A DNA stretch of 32,000 nucleotides, taken from NCBI RefSeq assembly GCF_001462395.1, contig NZ_LNTB01000001.1, forward strand, positions 540,001 through 572,000. Direction: 5' to 3'. The first letter of the stretch is position 1. Each line of letters begins with the position of its first letter. The DNA comes from Pyrodictium occultum (lineage in GTDB: Archaea; Thermoproteota; Thermoprotei_A; Sulfolobales; Pyrodictiaceae). Below, in pieces: positions 1 through 8,699 of the stretch. Both the position numbers and the translations under genes were made by a program. Under the pieces are notes generated by a model. That model searched no databases and had not been told where the DNA came from. It saw only the letters and a list, made by a program, of their open reading frames with translations.

Positions 1-1
1 C

Positions 2-1252
2 GAGTTCACAGACGGGAGCATAGAGGTGGTAAAAACCACTGACATGTATCGTGGTAAGCTGCTGGAATTCGTGCGGCTCTCTATAGAGCGTCGCGAGGAG
101 ATACGTGAGGTCGTGAACAAGTACCGTGGCCGCCGGCCATACCCGCCTGGCTGGATCCCCTTCGAGCCCCGGTGCCAGCAGTGCGGCAGGATAGACTCGA
201 CCGAGGCCCTCGAAGCGAACCTGGAGAAGGGTATGGTCCGCTACCGGTGCCGCAGCTGCGGCCACGAGGGCTGGGCCCCGCTCTGGGACGGGAAGCTGAA
301 CTGGCGCATAGAGTGGGTGGGCGTCTGGTGGGCCCTTGGCGTAGATTTTGAGCCCTACGGCAAGGACCACGCGACCCCGGGTGGGAGCAGGGATAGTGCT
401 AACGAGCTGGCGCTGAAGGTGTATGGGATAGAGCCGCCGGAGGGGCTGCCCTACGAGTGGGTCGCCGTGAAGACGCGTGACGGAGAGGCTGATATGAGTA
501 GTAGCGACTTCATAGGCTTTACGCCCCGCGAGTGGCTTGAGGTGGCGCATCCAGAGGTGCTCCGCTTCCTCATCCTCCGCACGCCCCCCATGAGGAAGCT
601 GAGCCTAGGGCTCCACGATGTGCCCCTCTACTACGACCAGTACTACCGGGCTGAGAGGATCTACTACCGGGCCGAGTCTACTGGGAGGAGAGAGGAAGAC
701 CTTCTCCTAGCCCGCAGCTACGAGCTTAGCTACACCCGAGGCGCCCCGCCGGAGAAGATGCCAGCCCAGCCGCCATACAGCCACGTTGCAATACTGGCCC
801 AGGTGCTCCCCGAGGACCGGTGGCGGGAGGAGGCACCCCGCCGGCTCCAGAGGAGCGGCCATCTGCCCGAGAAGCCCAGCAAGCATGATCTCGAGAGGCT
901 GCTGAGCCTCCTCCCCCGGGCCAAGAGGTGGGCCGAGCAGTACGCCCCCGAGCATATGAGGATAAGGATCCTCGAGGAGCCGCCCGGCGAGATCCTGGAG
1001 AGAATACCTCCAGGGATGCGCGAGAAGCTCCGCGGCCTCGGCGAGAGGCTCTCCCGGCTCGTCGACTGGAGTGAGGAATCCATCAAGCAGACTATGGTGG
1101 AGTACACTAGGGGCTGGAGCAGCAAGGAGCGGAGAGAGTTTTACCGCTACTTCTACCTGGTATTCGTGGGCAGGGAGAGCGGGCCTAGGGCGGCGCCGCT
1201 CCTCTCACTGCTCGACAGGGAGTTTGTACTGAGCCGCCTCCTGGGGTTATGA
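2..1252 (+). CDS. lysK: Class I lysyl-tRNA synthetase, C-terminal ~415 aa (5' end lies outside the window)
   Basis: The frame is open from base 2, with no stop upstream of the listed Met at 26. Class I LysRS blocks are present: Cys-rich insertion CQQCGR...RYRCRSCGHEGW, LNWRIEW..GVDFEPYGKDH..GGS, an xMSSSx loop, EVLRFLILR, and the C-terminal FVGRESGPRAAPLLSLLDREFV. These are colinear with my recollection of Pyrococcus horikoshii LysRS. Confidence 0.9.
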   Translation, partial: EFTDGSIEVVKTTDMYRGKLLEFVRLSIERREEIREVVNKYRGRRPYPPGWIPFEPRCQQCGRIDSTEALEANLEKGMVRYRCRSCGHEGWAPLWDGKLNWRIEWVGVWWALGVDFEPYGKDHATPGGSRDSANELALKVYGIEPPEGLPYEWVAVKTRDGEADMSSSDFIGFTPREWLEVAHPEVLRFLILRTPPMRKLSLGLHDVPLYYDQYYRAERIYYRAESTGRREEDLLLARSYELSYTRGAPPEKMPAQPPYSHVAILAQVLPEDRWREEAPRRLQRSGHLPEKPSKHDLERLLSLLPRAKRWAEQYAPEHMRIRILEEPPGEILERIPPGMREKLRGLGERLSRLVDWSEESIKQTMVEYTRGWSSKERREFYRYFYLVFVGRESGPRAAPLLSLLDREFVLSRLLGL

Positions 1253-1395
1253 GGTACGACAATTTTTCCAACAATTTACGATGGATGGTAGCTGTGCAGC
1301 CACCCCCGACAACCATCATTAACGAGCGTCAAAGATATTAGAGAGGCCAGCAGCCTTTAACGCGGGATAAAGCGGCTGGGAGGTGTGCCCACATC

Positions 1396-1815
1396 TTGCA
1401 GACTATAACACGCCCCGGCTACGCCACATGGTATAGAAGCGGAGTGGAGCAGGCCAGCATGCTTGCAAAAGCCAATGCTGCACGCCTAAAGTGCATACTC
1501 AAGTGCGCCTTCTCACTCAACGAGGAGGAGGCCCATGTACTATCATACCTCATAACCCGCGGCCGTGGAGCCATAGCGAAGGATATCGCCGAGGCCCTAG
1601 GCCGCAACCCCGAGGTAGTACGCCGCGCCCTACGCGGCCTACACGCTAAATCCCTCGTGGTAAGGAGGCCCTACCCTCTAAGGCGCGGCGGCAGAGCCTA
1701 CTTCTACGAAGTGCCCGACCACATAGTAGCCGCGCTCACGGAGGTCTGCGAGAAGGTAGGCGAGGTCATAGAGCTGGTAAACAATAACCGGAACGGCGGC
1801 AGCAGGGCCGGCTAG
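1396..1815 (+). CDS. Winged-helix transcriptional regulator (MarR/TrmB-like)
   Basis: 139-aa ORF. The HTH-like core is EEEAHVLSYLITRGRGAIAKDIAEALGRNPEVVRRALRGLHAKSLVVRR, followed by a wing (RGGRAYFYEV). The start is uncertain: TTG 1396 sits ~30 nt after the TATA-like CCTTTAACG, and ATG 1459 is an in-frame alternative. Confidence 0.6.
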   Translation: MQTITRPGYATWYRSGVEQASMLAKANAARLKCILKCAFSLNEEEAHVLSYLITRGRGAIAKDIAEALGRNPEVVRRALRGLHAKSLVVRRPYPLRRGGRAYFYEVPDHIVAALTEVCEKVGEVIELVNNNRNGGSRAG

Positions 1816-1932
1816 CCCCTGACGGTCTCTCCAGCATGCCAGTAGCGCGCAAGGCTGTCCGGAATATTTCTTGGAGCCGCATATGATTCACCGGGATCGC
1901 TAACAAGCTGGCTGCCTGCCCGAAGGCTGACC

Positions 1933-2862
1933 CTAAGCCTTTATCTCAATATGCATCTCAGCCATACCTATCATGGCTATGTGCCTTAGTCCGTTGTAGA
2001 ACCTTGTCTTAACACCGCGCTCCGCGAGCCTACGATCAACCTCCTCTCTGGAGACGCTGTCTATACGATACTTGTTAGACATAGCTATGAAGCTGTTAGC
2101 ATAAGCGAAGGAGGGGACCCATACCGCGTATTCTCTAACGTGCTGAAAGACTTGGCGCGCAGCGTTGTACACACGCTTAAAGACGTCCGGGAAGAGCGTA
2201 GAGCAGCCTGCCTGAGTCACAACTATGCCATCGCTACTTAGCACCCGGGAGATCAGCTCGAACGCGCTACGAGAATACAGCTGGGCCGCTATATCAGATC
2301 CATACGGATCAGTGAGGTCCATTATAACGACGTCAAACCTCTCTCCACGCTCGGAGGCCCTCTTAACGTACTCGAAGCCATCCATTATGTGCAGCTCCGT
2401 CCTCGGATCGTCGAACGCGCCTCGATGCCATTCTGGCAGATACTTCTTGGAAACCTCTATAACCTCCTCGTCTATGTCAATCATAACGGCCTTCTCCACT
2501 GTACTGTGGCGAAGTACTTCGCGAAGTGTAGCTCCCTCCCCGCCGCCAAGAATTAGGACACGCCTGGGATTTGGATGGACTGTCATGGCGGGGTGTACAA
2601 GCGCTTCGTGGTAGATGTGCTCATCACTCTCGGTGCTCTGGATTAGGCCGTCGAGCACCAGTGTCTTACCGAATCCCCTCAGCTTCACAATCATTATATG
2701 CTGGTAGCGGGACTTCGAGTTATATAGCACCTCATCAACAGCATATATAGTACCCATGAGGCCGCCGGGCTGGTATAGCGAAAGCCTAAACTCCTCGAGC
2801 TCCATGGCTCCCGCCCGGAACTGCTGAGAGGCTACCGCAGCATTAATGTGACTCGAATACAT
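1933..2862 (-). CDS. speE: Spermidine synthase / polyamine aminopropyltransferase
   Basis: 309 aa with SpeE family motifs: YQHIMIV..GKTLVLDG..QSTESDEHIYHEALVHP, LILGGGEGATLREVLRH, IDIDEEVI and VIMDLTDP. An internal Met at 2805 is a possible alternative start. Confidence 0.9.
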   Translation of the reverse strand: MYSSHINAAVASQQFRAGAMELEEFRLSLYQPGGLMGTIYAVDEVLYNSKSRYQHIMIVKLRGFGKTLVLDGLIQSTESDEHIYHEALVHPAMTVHPNPRRVLILGGGEGATLREVLRHSTVEKAVMIDIDEEVIEVSKKYLPEWHRGAFDDPRTELHIMDGFEYVKRASERGERFDVVIMDLTDPYGSDIAAQLYSRSAFELISRVLSSDGIVVTQAGCSTLFPDVFKRVYNAARQVFQHVREYAVWVPSFAYANSFIAMSNKYRIDSVSREEVDRRLAERGVKTRFYNGLRHIAMIGMAEMHIEIKA

Positions 2863-2979
2863 TGCCGGAGGACTCCTCCCAGATAGCCCTCTGACAAGGC
2901 AGCTCCCTGGGATTCCATGGCGTCACGCGGCGGCAAAGATACTAGCGGTTTTTACTATGGAGAGCGCCCCGGCTAGCCG

Positions 2980-3729
2980 GTGCAGCCAATGCCGCCTGGG
3001 AAGAATAGGCTCATAGCACTTGTAGTCATAGCATTATTGTCGGCACTATCCTACGCCTATCTATCAGCCAGCCCAGCTCAACGCTATACATACTCATACA
3101 CTGCGTCAACATGCATGGAGCTTGTCAACCCATCAACAAACCAAACTATAAAGGCGAGCGCAGTGACAATCATAACCATTACTAAGCGCTACGGAAAGGG
3201 AGGTAATATAACACTCTATGCGACAATAACCCATAAGAAGGTCACTATTAGTCCAAGCAGCTACTCCAACGCGATAAGATTCACCAATAAAACCCTGAAA
3301 GCAAGCATAGACCCAGCGTCATGCAGCCTTGTAGAAAAAGGGGCTATGCTGCAGCCGAGCCTCGACCAGTTCTACTGTAATGCATCAAAACTCTATAATG
3401 CGTCACTAGAGGGGGGATTCAAGATAAAGAGGAGAGATGGAAACATAATCATAACCTACTCTAACGCAACGAAGCCGTTAAGCATAAGCATAGAGGCTAT
3501 CTACAGTACCGTTGACGGCATACTCAGGCATTACAGGGCACGTATATATTCTAGCATGCCGTCACAATCGCTGGGTGTCAGGGAGATCCGGGAGGAAATT
3601 AATATTACAGCAGGGAAGGGAGCTGTAGCCTGGCTCCGCTGGGTATTGCTAGGCGCGCTCCTAGCCTCAGTACTAGCCATAGTGGTGTACCTGTACCACT
3701 ACCTGCATAGGAGGAAGGCAGCGGGCTAG
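2980..3729 (+). CDS. Hypothetical bitopic membrane / surface glycoprotein
   Basis: 249 aa with an N-terminal hydrophobic anchor (LIALVVIALLSALSYAYL) and a C-terminal TM (WVLLGALLASVLAIVVYLY) followed by a basic tail. It carries many N-x-S/T sequons (NPS, NQT, NIT, NKT, NAS x2, NAT). I recognise no family. The gene is AT-rich relative to its neighbours. GTG 2980 or ATG 2989 could be the start. Confidence 0.55.
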   Translation: MQPMPPGKNRLIALVVIALLSALSYAYLSASPAQRYTYSYTASTCMELVNPSTNQTIKASAVTIITITKRYGKGGNITLYATITHKKVTISPSSYSNAIRFTNKTLKASIDPASCSLVEKGAMLQPSLDQFYCNASKLYNASLEGGFKIKRRDGNIIITYSNATKPLSISIEAIYSTVDGILRHYRARIYSSMPSQSLGVREIREEINITAGKGAVAWLRWVLLGALLASVLAIVVYLYHYLHRRKAAG

Positions 3730-4006
3730 ATCGGCTCTACAGCATCTTGTACAATAACCTTATGTTGTGTAGTAGATATCATTGCTTGCTAAGACCGTGG
3801 GAGAGATGCGTCCATGAGTACACGCGCCCCCGGTACAATCCCTGCATTCCGGTGCACGTGATGAAGGCCTTTAGGACCGAGCCCTGGGGCGATGGGGTGA
3901 GTACCCTCGGCTGATCAACTAGTGCTCGGAAGCGTCATGCTGCATCTAAACTATAACCACTATGCTGCATGGCGAGTCTAGCTACCGCTACCTATATGAG
4001 CAGTAC

Positions 4007-4012
4007 CTATAT
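4007..4012 (+). promoter_or_regulatory. TATA box for the 4036 gene (leaderless arrangement)
   Basis: CTATAT is centred ~26 nt upstream of ATG 4036. It lies inside the second copy of a 10-nt direct repeat, TACCTATATG (3989-3998 and 4004-4013). Confidence 0.5.
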
Positions 4013-4035
4013 GGGCAAGGGGTGGGACCCGCCGC

Positions 4036-5052
4036 ATGGCGAGAGTGTTGCATAATAAAGAGACGTCCGATATAGAGAAGAGGGTTGCAGAGATAGAGTC
4101 AAGATTGCGCCGCATGCAACGAACATCCCTGATAAAGAATATCATCTACGTGATAATAGTTATAGGAGTCGCCTTATACGTATACAAGCTCTACACGACG
4201 TCTCACGGGTGGAGGGCTGAGCTAGTTGATGTACCCCGGATAGGCCTCGCGTCCCCGACTCAGCTACGTATATCCCTCCTCGTGAAAATCTACAACCCCT
4301 CCGGGGAGCAAGTCCTCGCCCGGCTAGTCTACTACAAAGTGTACATACAGGGCTACTATGCTGGTGATGGGCTTATACCCTACCTGGCCCTGCCGCCCGG
4401 CTGGAGCGAGCACAGATTAACACTGGTACTGGATGTGGATAAGGCTGGGTGCGGTATAGCGAAGGCTCTCGCCACGAGGAGAAACGTCACTGTCACTCTG
4501 CAGGGCTTCGCAATGGTGGACCTAAAGGCGTTCAACACGATAACATGGAAGATAGTCACCCTCCCCTTCAACATCACTGTAGCAAATGTGAATGTGCCCA
4601 AGCTGAGTAGCCAGGCCGCTGCAATACTGCAGCTCTACACATTGGTATGCGACGAGGCCCCGAGGCTGGTCACAGCGCTCACAAAGCTACTAGGACATGC
4701 AGGCCTTCTAGGCATACTGTCCCAGGGAGGCCAGAGCGGCACACATGGCACTAGCACTGGCGGTGGCGCTAGCCAGGGCCAGGAAGCCTCCCAGCCGCCG
4801 GTGAAGGTGACGGTTACCCTTGAGAAGTCTGGCCTAGCATCGTACACTGCTATAATAAACATAACAAACGTGGCGTCTCACCCCGTATCACTGGAGAAAG
4901 TAGCAGTCAACGGCCGCTCGATTGCTGAGGGCAAGCTGCCGCAAGTACTTCTCCCGGGCCAGGCCCTGACCCTCAAAACTAGCGTACCAAGCCCCATGCT
5001 CCTCATAAAGGTGACTGTGGACGGGAAGACATATACATACATAAAGAGCTAA
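4036..5052 (+). CDS. Hypothetical membrane-anchored extracellular protein, possibly with a LEA_2/WHy-like beta domain
   Basis: 338 aa. It has a short charged N-terminus, then a TM (IIYVIIVIGVALYVYKLY). The segment LRISLLVKIYNPSGEQVLARLVYYKVYIQGYYAGDG resembles LEA type-2 / NDR1-HIN1 domains. A Gly/Ser/Thr linker (SQGGQSGTHGTSTGGGASQGQEASQPP) and a second beta-rich domain follow. The domain call is tentative. Confidence 0.6.
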   Translation: MARVLHNKETSDIEKRVAEIESRLRRMQRTSLIKNIIYVIIVIGVALYVYKLYTTSHGWRAELVDVPRIGLASPTQLRISLLVKIYNPSGEQVLARLVYYKVYIQGYYAGDGLIPYLALPPGWSEHRLTLVLDVDKAGCGIAKALATRRNVTVTLQGFAMVDLKAFNTITWKIVTLPFNITVANVNVPKLSSQAAAILQLYTLVCDEAPRLVTALTKLLGHAGLLGILSQGGQSGTHGTSTGGGASQGQEASQPPVKVTVTLEKSGLASYTAIINITNVASHPVSLEKVAVNGRSIAEGKLPQVLLPGQALTLKTSVPSPMLLIKVTVDGKTYTYIKS

Positions 5053-6306
5053 TGGATCCAACTAGCTAGAGTATATAAGCCTCAATAAGTAGTGATATAT
5101 CTTTATAATCTATTATACGATATAAACCATATGTCTGTAGATAATGGAGTAAGGGTTCTATAGACGTGCATGGTCCTAGGCGTGAATTTAGGCAGAGGTA
5201 GAACGCTTTAGACGGGAAAATATGAGCCAGAGTTAAAGCAGTATACAAAGTATGGGATTAAGCGGCGCGTATATTGTTACAAGCCCTTACGAGGGGCCGT
5301 CATAAAAGTAGTCAGGCCGAAGGGCACACCGGTGGGAGTGCAGGAGCACGTTCAACCCTAGCGTACTAGCCTTAGGGAACTCTATACACATGCTCTATAG
5401 CGTCATGGGCTGCGACGGCGTGTCAAGGCTTGGCTATGCTTCTTCAACAGGCGGGCTTCATGCGGTAGAGAGGTCTAGCCATCCCGGTCTACGAGCATAG
5501 CGCTTCAGGACCTCTCGGTTCGACCGGGCCGGGTGGCAGGGCTGGCAGGGGGTGGCGCAGAGGATCCCCGGCTCATGATTCTTGGGGGCAGGATGTATAT
5601 GATTTATTTTATACTGCCTAGTATGACTGTTATTCCGTGTAGCCCTAACCTCTATAGACGTGAAGGACTTCCTAAGGAGGCGGTGGAGGTGGGTTCCTCC
5701 TAGGGTAGTATTGCCTCCACGTAAGCCCTGCAAGAACCGGGTGGTATTGGGAGATAGAGGGCAAGTACGCGGTGCTGCACGGCATAGCGCCTAGGGTTTA
5801 GGCAGCTTTTCTGGACAGCCTGGAGCTTGAGGGTCATCATATAGAGAGCCGTTGTGACGCCGGTGCCGGCCATCTTGGGAGGCATGAGTGGGTGAAGCGG
5901 GTCTGGGCGCCCGTCCATATGGGCTAGGGGCTGGCTCCTCTTCTACCATACCATACTGTGCCCGGAGATTATCCGGGTGACTATGCTATAGGTGCTATTG
6001 CTCCTCAACCTTAACCTTAGAGAGCCGGAGAATGTCTTGTGTAGGCTAGGTAGGCTGGTGCTAGTCCTCCACCGCGCCCTGGTGTATGTGGATAGGTTGG
6101 ATGTTGATGAGTTGGAGCTGCCGCTGGTATACAGTAATTGCGTAGCTGTAAGGATGCTATTATGGTGTAGCTGATAGCATGGTGTATGTTGTGTGTGGCT
6201 CCTTTAGGGGTTCGTGTACGCCCTCGTCTCAGAGTGTGGGCGCTGAGGGCTCGCCGGAGCGGCGGTATGTACCATGTAGTGTGGATCCTGTGGGGATCTA
6301 GCGTGG

Positions 6307-6382
6307 TGGAGCCGCCGGCGGGATTTGAACCCGCGACCACCGGCTTACAAGGCCGGCGCTCTGCCCGCTGAGCTACGGCGGC
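6307..6382 (-). tRNA. tRNA-Thr (anticodon UGU), CCA encoded, no intron
   Basis: The reverse complement reads GCCGCCG-TA-GCTC-AGCGGGCA-GAGC-G-CCGGC-CTTGTAA-GCCGG-TGGTC-GCGGG-TTCAAAT-CCCGC-CGGCGGC-T-CCA. This is a perfect cloverleaf of 76 nt with anticodon loop C-U-UGU-A-A. Confidence 0.95.
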
Positions 6383-6497
6383 ACCGGGCGGCCCTCTTTA
6401 GGGGGCGGCCGCGTCCGTGAGGGGCCTCCTCTCCCTGGCGGGGTGTTTAACGGTTACGCGGCGCTAAGCCCCCCGGGGCTCTGGGGGCTGGCAGGTC

Positions 6498-7118
6498 ATG
6501 GATGCGCCGGGTATCGATGAGCTGGAGGAGTATACGAGGCGCCTCATACCAGTGAAGCCTGGGGGCGCTTTCCGCTTCCGCTGCACCAGGTGCGGGCGGT
6601 GCTGCAGCGGCGGGCCTAATGTATCCCTTACCGTGTTCGACGCGGTGCGTATGGCCAGGTTCCTGAGGATCAGCTGGCGTGGGTTCCTCCGGGGCTACGT
6701 GAAGGTTATAATAGCTGATATAATGCCCCACATGCTCCTCCGCGGTGACGAGAGGGGTAGGTGCCTCTTCCTGGCCGAGCGCCACGACGGGGTGAAGCTC
6801 TGCGTCATATACCCGGCCAGGCCGATGAGATGCCGTCTCTACCCCCTGCTAGTGGAGGGTCTGCGGCCGAGCCTCTACCTTGACCCCCGCTCGCCCGGGG
6901 TCGGGAGCGGCCCGGAGAGGAGGCCGCCCTCTAGGCTCATAGAGCAGTATGTCTGGGAGAGGCGTGAGCACTACCGCCGCCTCCACCGCCTGGTGGTGGA
7001 GGAGGGGATGGAGCCCCTTGAGGCGCTCTACCGTGCCCTTGACGAGGCCTGGGAAGAGGCTGAGAGAGGGGCCCGCTGGGCTGACCTGGACTACCTTGCA
7101 AGCCTGGGCTCAGTTTAG
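6498..7118 (+). CDS. YkgJ-family cysteine-cluster protein (CxxCxxCC, UPF0153)
   Basis: 206 aa with the signature FRCTRCGRCCSG near the N-terminus and later Cys residues (GRCLFL, KLCVIYPARPMRCRLYP) typical of the putative Fe-S/Zn-binding YkgJ family. Confidence 0.8.
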   Translation: MDAPGIDELEEYTRRLIPVKPGGAFRFRCTRCGRCCSGGPNVSLTVFDAVRMARFLRISWRGFLRGYVKVIIADIMPHMLLRGDERGRCLFLAERHDGVKLCVIYPARPMRCRLYPLLVEGLRPSLYLDPRSPGVGSGPERRPPSRLIEQYVWERREHYRRLHRLVVEEGMEPLEALYRALDEAWEEAERGARWADLDYLASLGSV

Positions 7119-7205
7119 CAGTGCCAGGGGAGGGAACCCTATAACGGCGCCTGGGCGGGAGAGGGCTCCGGAGTGGTGAAGAGCTTCTAGGGTGCGGCGG
7201 CGGCC

Positions 7206-7946
7206 TTGAAGGACATGTCAGCTCTGCCTCCTGGGGAGCGCGTGGAGGCCTATATAGCGAACGTGGAGCTCGCCCTGGAGAAGCTTGGCTCCAGGGGCCT
7301 CGCGGGCAGGACTGCTAGGCTGCTTGAGCTTGCAAGGATGTATGTCAGTGATGCCCGCTACTACCTCCAGCGTGGCGACGTGTTCACAGCCCTCGCGGAT
7401 GTGGCCTATGCTGAGGGGCTGGTCGACGCGCTCCGCTGGCTCGGCCTCGTGGAGCTGGACTGGGAGCCGGCGAGCAGGCTGCTAGCCCGCCCCAAGGTGC
7501 TCGTGGCCGGCACGTTTGACCTCATCCATCCAGGGCACATAGAGCTGCTGCGACAGGCCTGGCTGAGGGGCCGCGTCTACGTGGTTGTCGCGCGGGACAG
7601 CTCGGTGAGCAGGTTCAAGAACCGGGAGCCTATAGTGCCGGAGGAGCAGAGGCTGGAGGTCGTCTCCGCCATACGCTACGTTGATAAAGCCATCCTCGGC
7701 AGCGAGAGGGACGTGCTGGACCCGATACGCGAGCTGAGGCCTGACATAATCCTCCTGGGCCCCGACCAGTGGGCCAGCGAGGACTGGTTAAGGAAGCGCC
7801 TGGCCGAGGAGGGGCTGAACCCCAGGATAGAGAGGCTCAGCGAGAAGAAGGAGTGCAGCCTCTGCAGCGCCACCAGCATAGCCTGCAGAGCCGCCCAGAT
7901 CGTAGAGAGGTACGGCATGTGTGGGAGCCAGGGCTCTCAAGGCTAG
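7206..7946 (+). CDS. ribL: FAD synthase (FMN adenylyltransferase, archaeal RibL type) with an N-terminal DUF357-like domain
   Basis: The C-terminal half reads KVLVAGTFDLIHPGHIELLRQA..VYVVVARDSSVSRFKNREPIVPEEQRLEVVSAIRYVDKAILGS..PDIILLGPDQ. This matches the cytidylyltransferase-fold RibL pattern (GTFDxxHPGH, IxPEEQR, VDKAILG). The N-terminal ~95 aa (ARYYLQRGDVFTALADVAYAEGLVDALRWLG) looks like DUF357. TTG 7206 or ATG 7215 could be the start. Confidence 0.8.
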   Translation: MKDMSALPPGERVEAYIANVELALEKLGSRGLAGRTARLLELARMYVSDARYYLQRGDVFTALADVAYAEGLVDALRWLGLVELDWEPASRLLARPKVLVAGTFDLIHPGHIELLRQAWLRGRVYVVVARDSSVSRFKNREPIVPEEQRLEVVSAIRYVDKAILGSERDVLDPIRELRPDIILLGPDQWASEDWLRKRLAEEGLNPRIERLSEKKECSLCSATSIACRAAQIVERYGMCGSQGSQG

Positions 7947-8569
7947 TAGCCCTCAGTGTAGAGGGCATAGATGCGCCTCAGCTCCCTCACCGGGCTGTCA
8001 GAGTAGTCCACCCTCAGGTCCACCACCCGGTCGTAGTAGGGCGTGTACTCAGTCTGCCCCACCACGAGTAGAGCCGCCGACCGGTCCCCGCGCCGGTCCC
8101 CGCCGGCCCGGTGCCCCGCCTCTATGGCGGCGAGCAGCTTGTCTGCAAGCCCTCCCTTGGCCGAGAGGAAGGCGTTGATAGCCGCCCTGCAGACCTCGGG
8201 CCCCTTCACGAGGTTCGCTATGCAGACCAGAGGCTCTCTCGGGTGAACTATGTAGCCGTGCCAGCTAGGCGCCCACTCCCCGTCGTGGACGGCCACGTCG
8301 CCCCGGTAGTCTATCACCGCGACCTGGCGGTGGGCGGGACTAGGGTCGCGGGCCAGAGCGGCGCGCAGCGCCTCCTCAGCGCTCGAGGCCTTGGTGAGGA
8401 GCTCCAGCACCATGGGGGCAAGCGCCGGGTTCGTGTAGGCCTGGGTAGCCACCACGCCTACCCCATGCCTCCCCCAGGGCACCCTGGAGCCCACCGCTAT
8501 GCTTCCCGAGACTACTGCGACCCCTGCCTGGCCCAGCAGGGGATCGTAGGCCAGAACGCTATAGGTCAA
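7943..8569 (-). CDS. DUF1028 family protein (Ntn-hydrolase-like fold)
   Basis: LTYSVLAYDP..GQAGVAVVSGSIAVGSRVPWGRHGVGVVATQAYTNP matches the DUF1028 N-terminal consensus (M-T-F/Y-S-I-V-A-R-D). I place the start at TTG 8569, so the protein begins M-T-Y-S with the putative nucleophile Thr right after Met. The ORF is open to GTG 8578. Confidence 0.8.
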   Translation of the reverse strand: MTYSVLAYDPLLGQAGVAVVSGSIAVGSRVPWGRHGVGVVATQAYTNPALAPMVLELLTKASSAEEALRAALARDPSPAHRQVAVIDYRGDVAVHDGEWAPSWHGYIVHPREPLVCIANLVKGPEVCRAAINAFLSAKGGLADKLLAAIEAGHRAGGDRRGDRSAALLVVGQTEYTPYYDRVVDLRVDYSDSPVRELRRIYALYTEGY

Positions 8570-8699
8570 TACCGCCACCTGCCCCGAGCAGGGAGATAGG
8601 GCTCCCCCGAGGAGCCCACCGGGGCGTGTTAGGAGGGGTGCACTAGGTTAAACCTGGCTACGCGTAAAAGCCCGGCGGCCCATGCACCCCGGGGAGAGG

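Noticed and set aside
2082-2093. The 12-mer TAGCTATGAAGC inside speE is identical to the right arm of the ArsR-upstream inverted repeat (22882-22893).
   Set aside because: This is a single short match inside a conserved coding region (..FIAMSN.. codons) with no partner arm nearby. It is most likely coincidence noticed post hoc.
5505-5545. A tRNA-like T-arm (CTCGGTTCGACCGGG), suggesting a tRNA fragment or att remnant.
   Set aside because: The loop would be only 5 nt. No acceptor, D or anticodon arms can be built around it, and it has no similarity to the tRNA-Thr 3' half.
5440-5720. RNase P-like fragments: ACAGGCGGGCTTCA at ~5447-5460 on the plus strand, and GGAAGTCC on the minus strand at ~5664-5671.
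   Set aside because: The two motifs are on opposite strands and in the wrong order for a single RNase P RNA. Neither matches the consensus exactly.
6103-6174. A second C/D-box candidate (TTGATGA ... CTGA).
   Set aside because: The span is 72 nt, the first C-box position is a pyrimidine, there is no credible C'/D' pair, and the internal spacing is wrong.
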